A stretch of 64,000 bases of DNA from Octopus vulgaris. Its lineage: Eukaryota. Under the pieces are notes generated by a model, which ran no database searches, was not told where the DNA came from, and worked only from the letters and a program-made list of their open reading frames with translations. Shown here in pieces: positions 56,707-64,000 of this stretch. The stretch is from positions 93,682,001 through 93,746,000 of the forward strand of contig OX597821.1 in NCBI GenBank assembly GCA_951406725.2, read 5' to 3'. The stretch's first letter is position 1; each line of letters begins with the position of its first letter. Position numbers and translations under genes: made by a program.

Positions 56707-57099
56707 TTATTGTAATTATCGCTTCTGTCAGTGCAATTGCTGTTGCAAAAATTGCTTTTGTTGCTGTTGTTAAGGTTGTCATAATTACAACTCCTGATGT
56801 TGCTGTAATTGTTATTGTCCTTGTTGATATTTCTGTTATTACTTTCCCATTGTTGTTGCTATTGGCTCTGTAGCTGCTGTTTGCAATGTTATTTCATGCT
56901 GCAGAAATAATCTCATCCCTCTTTTATTGCATTATTCAGTGCAGTCTGCTCACCTGCTCAAGTGCAATTACTTAACACCTGCACTGAGAAGCCACAGTAA
57001 AAATTATTAGCAAAATTATAACACAATGACAATTCTCACAAAAAAATGCACCATGTATAATGAAGTGCATGAGCATAAAGTTCATGGCCTTGATAACAG

Positions 57100-57477
57100 T
57101 GGCGGTGGTGGTGGTGGTGGTGGTGGTGGTGGTGGTGGTGGTGGTGGTAGTGGTGGTGGTGGTGGTGGTGGTAGTGGTAGGGGTAGAGTGGGGTGGTAGT
57201 AGCAATGGTTATGGTAGTTATAGTAGTTGTGGTGGTGGTAGTAGTAGTAGTAGTAGCAGCAGCAGCAGCTACAGCAGTGGTTGTGGTGGTCATGGTAGTG
57301 GAAGTAGTGATCAAAATAGTAATGATGGTGATGATGGTGCTGGTGATAGTGATAGTAGTAGTAGTAGTAGTAGTAGTAGTAGCAGTGGTTGCGGTGGTCA
57401 TAGTAGTTGAAGTAGTGGTGGGGTGGGGTAGTAGTAGCATTAGTGGTTCTAGTAGTAGTAGTAGTAGTAGTAGTAGT

Positions 57478-57546
<69 letters not shown>

Positions 57547-58039
57547 TATTTTTTATTTAATTTTTTCTTGAACCTTCAAACTCATAAGGACTATGACCCA
57601 ATTTCTCAATGCTTCATAATCTCAAGTTGACTTTGGAACATTCACTGTATTAAATGACAAACTTGACTATTTTTTTTCTTACAGATGGCGTCTCTGAGTT
57701 ATTTTGTTTCAATAAATTATTTGTCAGCTTTTCACCCACTTTGCTATGATTTTTTTTTTAATACTTCCATAGCTTGATCCGTTACAATGTGATTCTTATA
57801 CTTTATAAGCCTTTAGTACATTGCTGCATCGTGACTTTGAAGTAAATAATGAAGCTAACACCCTTTGCTGCAGCCACCAACAGCAATGACAATGACGATC
57901 ATGATGGTGGTGGTGGTGATGATGATGATGACGATGACGATGAAGATGATGATGATGATGATGGTGATGGTGGTGGTGGTGGTGGTGGTGGTGGTGGTGG
58001 TGATGATGATGGTGATGATGATGATGATGATGATGATGT

Positions 58040-58089
<50 letters not shown>

Positions 58090-58123
58090 GTGATGGTGAT
58101 GGTGGTGGTGGTGGTGATGGTGG

Positions 58124-58154
<31 letters not shown>

Positions 58155-58266
58155 GATGGTGACATTGATGGTGATGATGATGATGGTGGTGGTGACATTG
58201 ATGGTGGTGGTGTGGTGGTGGTGGTGATGGTGATGATGATGATGATGATGATGACGATGAAGATGA

Positions 58267-58298
<32 letters not shown>

Positions 58299-58865
58299 AT
58301 GGTGGTGATGATGATGATGGTGATGATGGTGATGATGATGGTGACATTGATGGTGATGATGATGATGGTGGTGGTGACATTGATGGTGGTGGTGGTGGTG
58401 GTGGTGGTGGTGGTGATGGTGATGATGATCATCATCATGATCATGATGGTGATGATGATGATGATGATGATCATGATCATGATGGTGATGATGATGATGA
58501 TCATGATCATGATCATGATGGTGATGATGATGATGATGATGATGATGAAGATGACAAACATGATGGTGATAATGCTGCTACTGCTGCTACTGCTGCTGCT
58601 ATTGCTGCTACTGCTGCTGCTACTGCTGCTACTGCTACTTCTGCTGCTGTTGATGATGATGTTGATGGTTTTGATAATGATGATGTTGATGATGCAGATG
58701 ATGATGATGATAGTATTGATAATTATGATGTTGATGATGTTGATGATGATGATGATCATCATCATCATTGCAAAGATGGTGATGACATTGATGGTGATGA
58801 CAAAAACGAGGAGGAGGAGGAGGAGAACAACGACGATGACGACAACAACTACGATGATGATAATA
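57100..58865. repeat. Trinucleotide fields (GGT/AGT/AGC, then GAT/GGT/GCT) separated by about 330 bp of unique DNA
   Basis: Read directly; explains ORFs 57849-58910 and 57899-58897. Confidence 0.9.
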
Positions 58866-59372
58866 TTGATAGTTACCTGCACAGTGCCTTTCTCCAACTA
58901 TGGCCTGTAGCCATCCTGTTGTCTCCACTACACTCATTTCCTCCTGTCTGATCTCTTAACCCATTCCAACATTTTGCCTTAGGCTTCTTTCGAAAATGTT
59001 TGGTTTTCTTCAGAAAATATTTCTAACTTCATTTTTGGACACATTTCTCCTAATTGCATATTGATGTGTCTGCTTCAGTCCTGTGGTATCTTAATTTTTG
59101 TTCCTCTCACAGCAATGTAAAACTTGATATTTAGATTCGTTGATGTTCTTGTTAACAATATCTGACACCTCAAACATTGAAGTTCACCCAACAGGAAAAG
59201 CTAAGCTCTAAACAGATGTAGAGAAAAAAAGGCCCTGGAAAGAAGAAAAAAGGAGGAGAGGGAGAGAGAGGGGGAGGGTCAAACAGACAGAGACAGACAG
59301 ACAGACACAGACAGGCAGACTGACAGACTGAGGGACAGGCCAGAGAGCCCTCACGACTGTATTTTGGTATAA

Positions 59373-59602
59373 GGCGGAGAGCTGGCAGAAACGTAAGCAC
59401 ATCGGGCGAAATGCTTAGCGGTATTTCGTCTGCCGTTACGTTGTGAGTTCAAATTCCGCCGAGGTCGACTTTACCTTTCATCCTTTCGAGGTCGATAAAT
59501 TAAGTACCAGTTACGCACTGGGATCGATGTAATCGACTTAATACCTATGTCTGTCCTTGTTTGTCCCCTCTATGTTTAGCCCCTTGTGGGTAATAAAGAA
59601 AT
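59373..59602 (+). mobile_element. Full-length young Deu/Nin-domain SINE
   Basis: GGCGGAGAGCTGGCAGAA...GAGTTCAAATTCCGCCGAGGTCGACTTTACCTTTCATCCTTTCGAGGTCGATAAATTAAGTACCAG...GTGGGTAATAAAGAAAT, with CpGs intact. Confidence 0.9.
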
Positions 59603-59974
59603 ATGTATTTTGAAGAGAGACCAATAGCAACAAGAACTGAACGTTCCATAGTTCCTTCTTTCATTCAGTCATTCCAAGTTGGTTATTTGGTTCTTAGCCT
59701 CTTACTCTGTTGCCTTCTCTTGGATGGCTCTCGGTCCCTGTTTTGGATTTTATGTTATGACTGGAACTTTTCTCGCCTGTTCAGAAACTTTGTTTCCTCT
59801 TTTAGGTGGATCTCAATGTCATGAAGTGTCGGATATTATTCACAAATACATCAACAAATTTATCTTCAAAAAGACTTGTTGCTCAAACCCACATTTAACT
59901 TGCTATCTTTCATCCTGCCCAATCATTTTACTAGTGACAGTACTCAACTGTTCTCTAAACGACACATATATATA

Positions 59975-60139
59975 TATACATATATGCGATGGGCTTCTTT
60001 CAGTTTCCGTCTACCAAATCTCCTCACAAGGCTTTGGTCGGCCCGAGGCTATAGTAGAGGACACTTGCCCAAGGTGCCATGCAGTGGGACTGAACCCAGA
60101 ACCATGTGGTTGGTAAGCAATTACCACACAGCCACTCCT
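59975..60139 (-). mobile_element. CORE-like SINE 5' half
   Basis: Reverse-complement match to the family head. Confidence 0.85.
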
Positions 60140-60180
60140 AGGAAATATTTTTCCACATGAACACTTTGTAATTCATTTAA

Positions 60181-60401
60181 CCCTTTAGCATTTAAACCGG
60201 TTATATCCGGCCAAAAGTATTCTGCCTGTTTTATGTTCAAACTGGTCAGATATGACCTTTCACACCAACCCTACAATATCGTTTTTAAAATTAACAGCTA
60301 TCTCATCAAAATCTCATAGCTACAAGATAATGCATGATTAGTTCAAAACAATATGGATGAAAAAGCATCAATTTTGGCAGAATAATGCAAGCACTAAAGT
60401 G
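60181..60401. mobile_element. TTAA-flanked MITE (piggyBac-like)
   Basis: TTAA|CCCTTTAG...CTAAAGTG|TTAA. Confidence 0.75.
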
Positions 60402-61044
60402 TTAAAGTTGATTATGTTTCATCATTAGTTAAATTAAATTGAGCAGTCTACTGACAAAAGCATTCTAAATATGACCTTCTCTACCATTTTGTCTTCACCA
60501 ATAGTTTGTATCCCAATATTGGAATAGGTATAGCACTGTGCTCCGTAACATTTTTTTTTACTTGTGGTACACTTGTATTCTTTTCAAAATTTGTCGGCAC
60601 ACCTGAACTAAAAATATAAATAAAAGTAAAGAGAATAAAATTATATCAGGTTACACTGCAGCACACCTAGCATCGTCTTGTGGCACACTGTACCGGATGC
60701 AGAGCTCTGGTATAGCATATACATGTAAGAGGTGACTAAATCAGTTGTTTGTTCAAGAAGGACATCCAGCTACAAAAACACTCCCTCAAAATGTCCTGTC
60801 CAGCCCATGCCAGCATGGAAAACTGGTGTGAAAACGATTGTAATGAGGGCAATGACGAGAATGATGAGGATGATGACAAGTGCATCAAAGAGAAAAAAAT
60901 GTAACTCGTATGTAGCTGCTATGTTTAGTAGATCAAGTGACCACACACAGCCTCTTTTGTCGGTTTGTCTCATAGTCTATGGTTCTTTGCTTTTAGTTCC
61001 TTTCAATCTAAATAACACATACCACTTATTTATATGCATGTTTG

Positions 61045-62104
<1,060 letters not shown>

Positions 62105-64000
62105 ACTTTGCAGCATGGACGTAGTTGCTTCAGCAATGAAAGCCCTGAATCTTCCCAGCCAGTAATCCAGTCTACACGAGAGCCACTTGATAAATCGATT
62201 TAATGAATCAGAAACAAACTTAAAAATAGAGAAAAATAGACAGACAGACAGATAAAAAGATAGTGAGAGAGAGAGAAAGAGAGAGGGTGGAGGAAAATCT
62301 AGAGAGAGACAGGGACGAGAGAGAGAAACAGACAGACAGGCAGAGAGAGAGAGGAGGAGGAGGAGGAGGAGGAGATGAAAGGTTGGAGGAGAAGGGTATC
62401 TATAATGTTAAATGTAGCGAGACAGTAACTGATCTGACAACTAATTAATGATTCAATAGCCATCTTTTCTAATGACCTGCTCTTTCTTGTGTTGATTAGA
62501 ATGGTTGAGTGGACTGGAGACATGGAGAGGTAGACATGGGATGAGATGGTCATTGTACAGAGAAAGAGAGACAGAGAGAGCAAGAGAGATAGACAGGCAG
62601 ACAGACAGACAGAGAAGAGAGGATGGAGAAAATTTGAAGTGGTGGAGGAGAGGAGACTTTTGTGTGTGTGTGTGCATGTGTGTGTGTGTGTGTGCGTGTG
62701 TGTGTGTGCGTGAGAGAGAGAGAGAGAGAGAGAGAGAGTAAGAAATAAAGTGATTGAAAAAGATGTAAAAAAGAATTAAAGTGATATAAAGCAGGAGAGA
62801 GAGAATTATTAAGGATGGATGAAGGGTGGGAGAGCAAGATTTAGGAATATTGAAAGTTACTTTGTGAGATGGGGAGTTGTAGTGAAAGAGAGATAGAGAG
62901 AGACAGACATAAGAGACAGAGACAGAGACAGAGAGAGATGCAGAGACATGATAAGAGCCACAGAGAGAGAGAAACAGACAGATAGATAGACAGAGAGACA
63001 GAGAGACAGACAGATAGATAGACAGAGGGAGAGAGAGAATAGGGTGGTGGTATCTGTGGTTGAAATAGGGGAGGTAGTAACAGACAGACTGATATGTTGT
63101 CAGTAAAGATGATGACAGAAGGAGGGATGGTGAGAGATGTGATGAAGAGGAGTGGTATGAGGAGAAGGCAATGACAGGAGAGGAGTGATTTGAGGATAGG
63201 TAATGACAGGAGAGAGAGAGAGATGATCATGATCATGACAGGTGATGACAGAGAGAGAAAGGTCGTAATAGATGAAAAGGTAAGAAGAAAAGTGATGACA
63301 GAGATTTGGGTTGAGGTGTCAAGAGAGAAGGAGGTTATGAAGAGAGGTAGGTAATGACAGAGAGGGAGAAAGAGAGATGGAGAAAAGAAAGGTGATGACA
63401 GTAAGAGGTCATAATAGAAAGGACAGGTAGCAACAAAGAGAAGTGAAAGATATATGAACAGAGAGAAGTGATGACAAAGTGCGTGGTGAGGTGAGGAGAA
63501 GTAATCAGATTTGATAAAAATAGAGGTGATGACAGAGAGAGCAGGTAATAGCAAGTGTTAGAGTAAGTGTATCGGTGATAACAATGAGAGGAGTGGTATG
63601 AGGATAAACATTGAAAGAGAGGTGTGATAATAGAGAAACAGTATTATCAATAGGGGAGGGAATGAAAGGAGAGGTGATAATAAAGAAAGGGATAGTGTGA
63701 GGAGAGGTGCCAAGGAGAGGTGCCAGGAGAGGGGTGACCTTGCGATGTGGTAGGTAGAGATATGACACAAAGCATTCAATATTGTGGTTGTTTTGTCTGA
63801 GTTCAGTTCTGATCCAGCAGAATTATATGGTCGAAAGTGCTCCAGCTTTGATCACCCTGAGCCATCTAGAACCACTGCAGTCCCTGTGTCCTTTTTTTAA
63901 AAGACGTTAAGACGTTAGAATGGGAGTTGGGTAAGATGTTGCTGCTGTTTTTGGCAGGTCAAGTGACTGTAGATGTTCCCTCTTTGGTTTGTTGCACAAG

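Noticed and set aside
57670-57720. Splice acceptor followed by ATGGCG
   Set aside because: No recognisable coding sequence or partner exon follows.

Overview
AT-rich eukaryotic DNA saturated with microsatellites. The SINE families and repeat content look like a coleoid cephalopod, probably Octopus (recognised from memory, not searched). I found no host protein-coding gene, rRNA, true tRNA gene or CRISPR locus, and almost all listed ORFs are translated microsatellites, so the window is probably intronic or intergenic. Recognisable content: four SINE or SINE-like families, RTE and Tx1/L1 LINE fragments, a mariner remnant, several MITEs, three non-autonomous Helitrons and at least two Penelope-like elements (PLEs). 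One PLE is a decayed RT copy at 10.4-12.8 kb; the other is a GIY-YIG fragment with inverted termini at 20.7-21.9 kb. Main observations: (1) about eight minimal type-I hammerhead-ribozyme-like motifs in PLE-derived pieces, mostly next to (TA)n. One family has a compensatory U3-A8 core with stem-II covariation and forms a 180-bp-arm palindrome. (2) Three copies of a retroelement 3' end embedded in (GATA)n whose tail resembles the tail of the Nin-domain SINE. (3) A 17-copy array of a fixed 25-nt core with variable (ACC)n spacers. Coordinates were read by eye and are approximate, especially at microsatellite boundaries.
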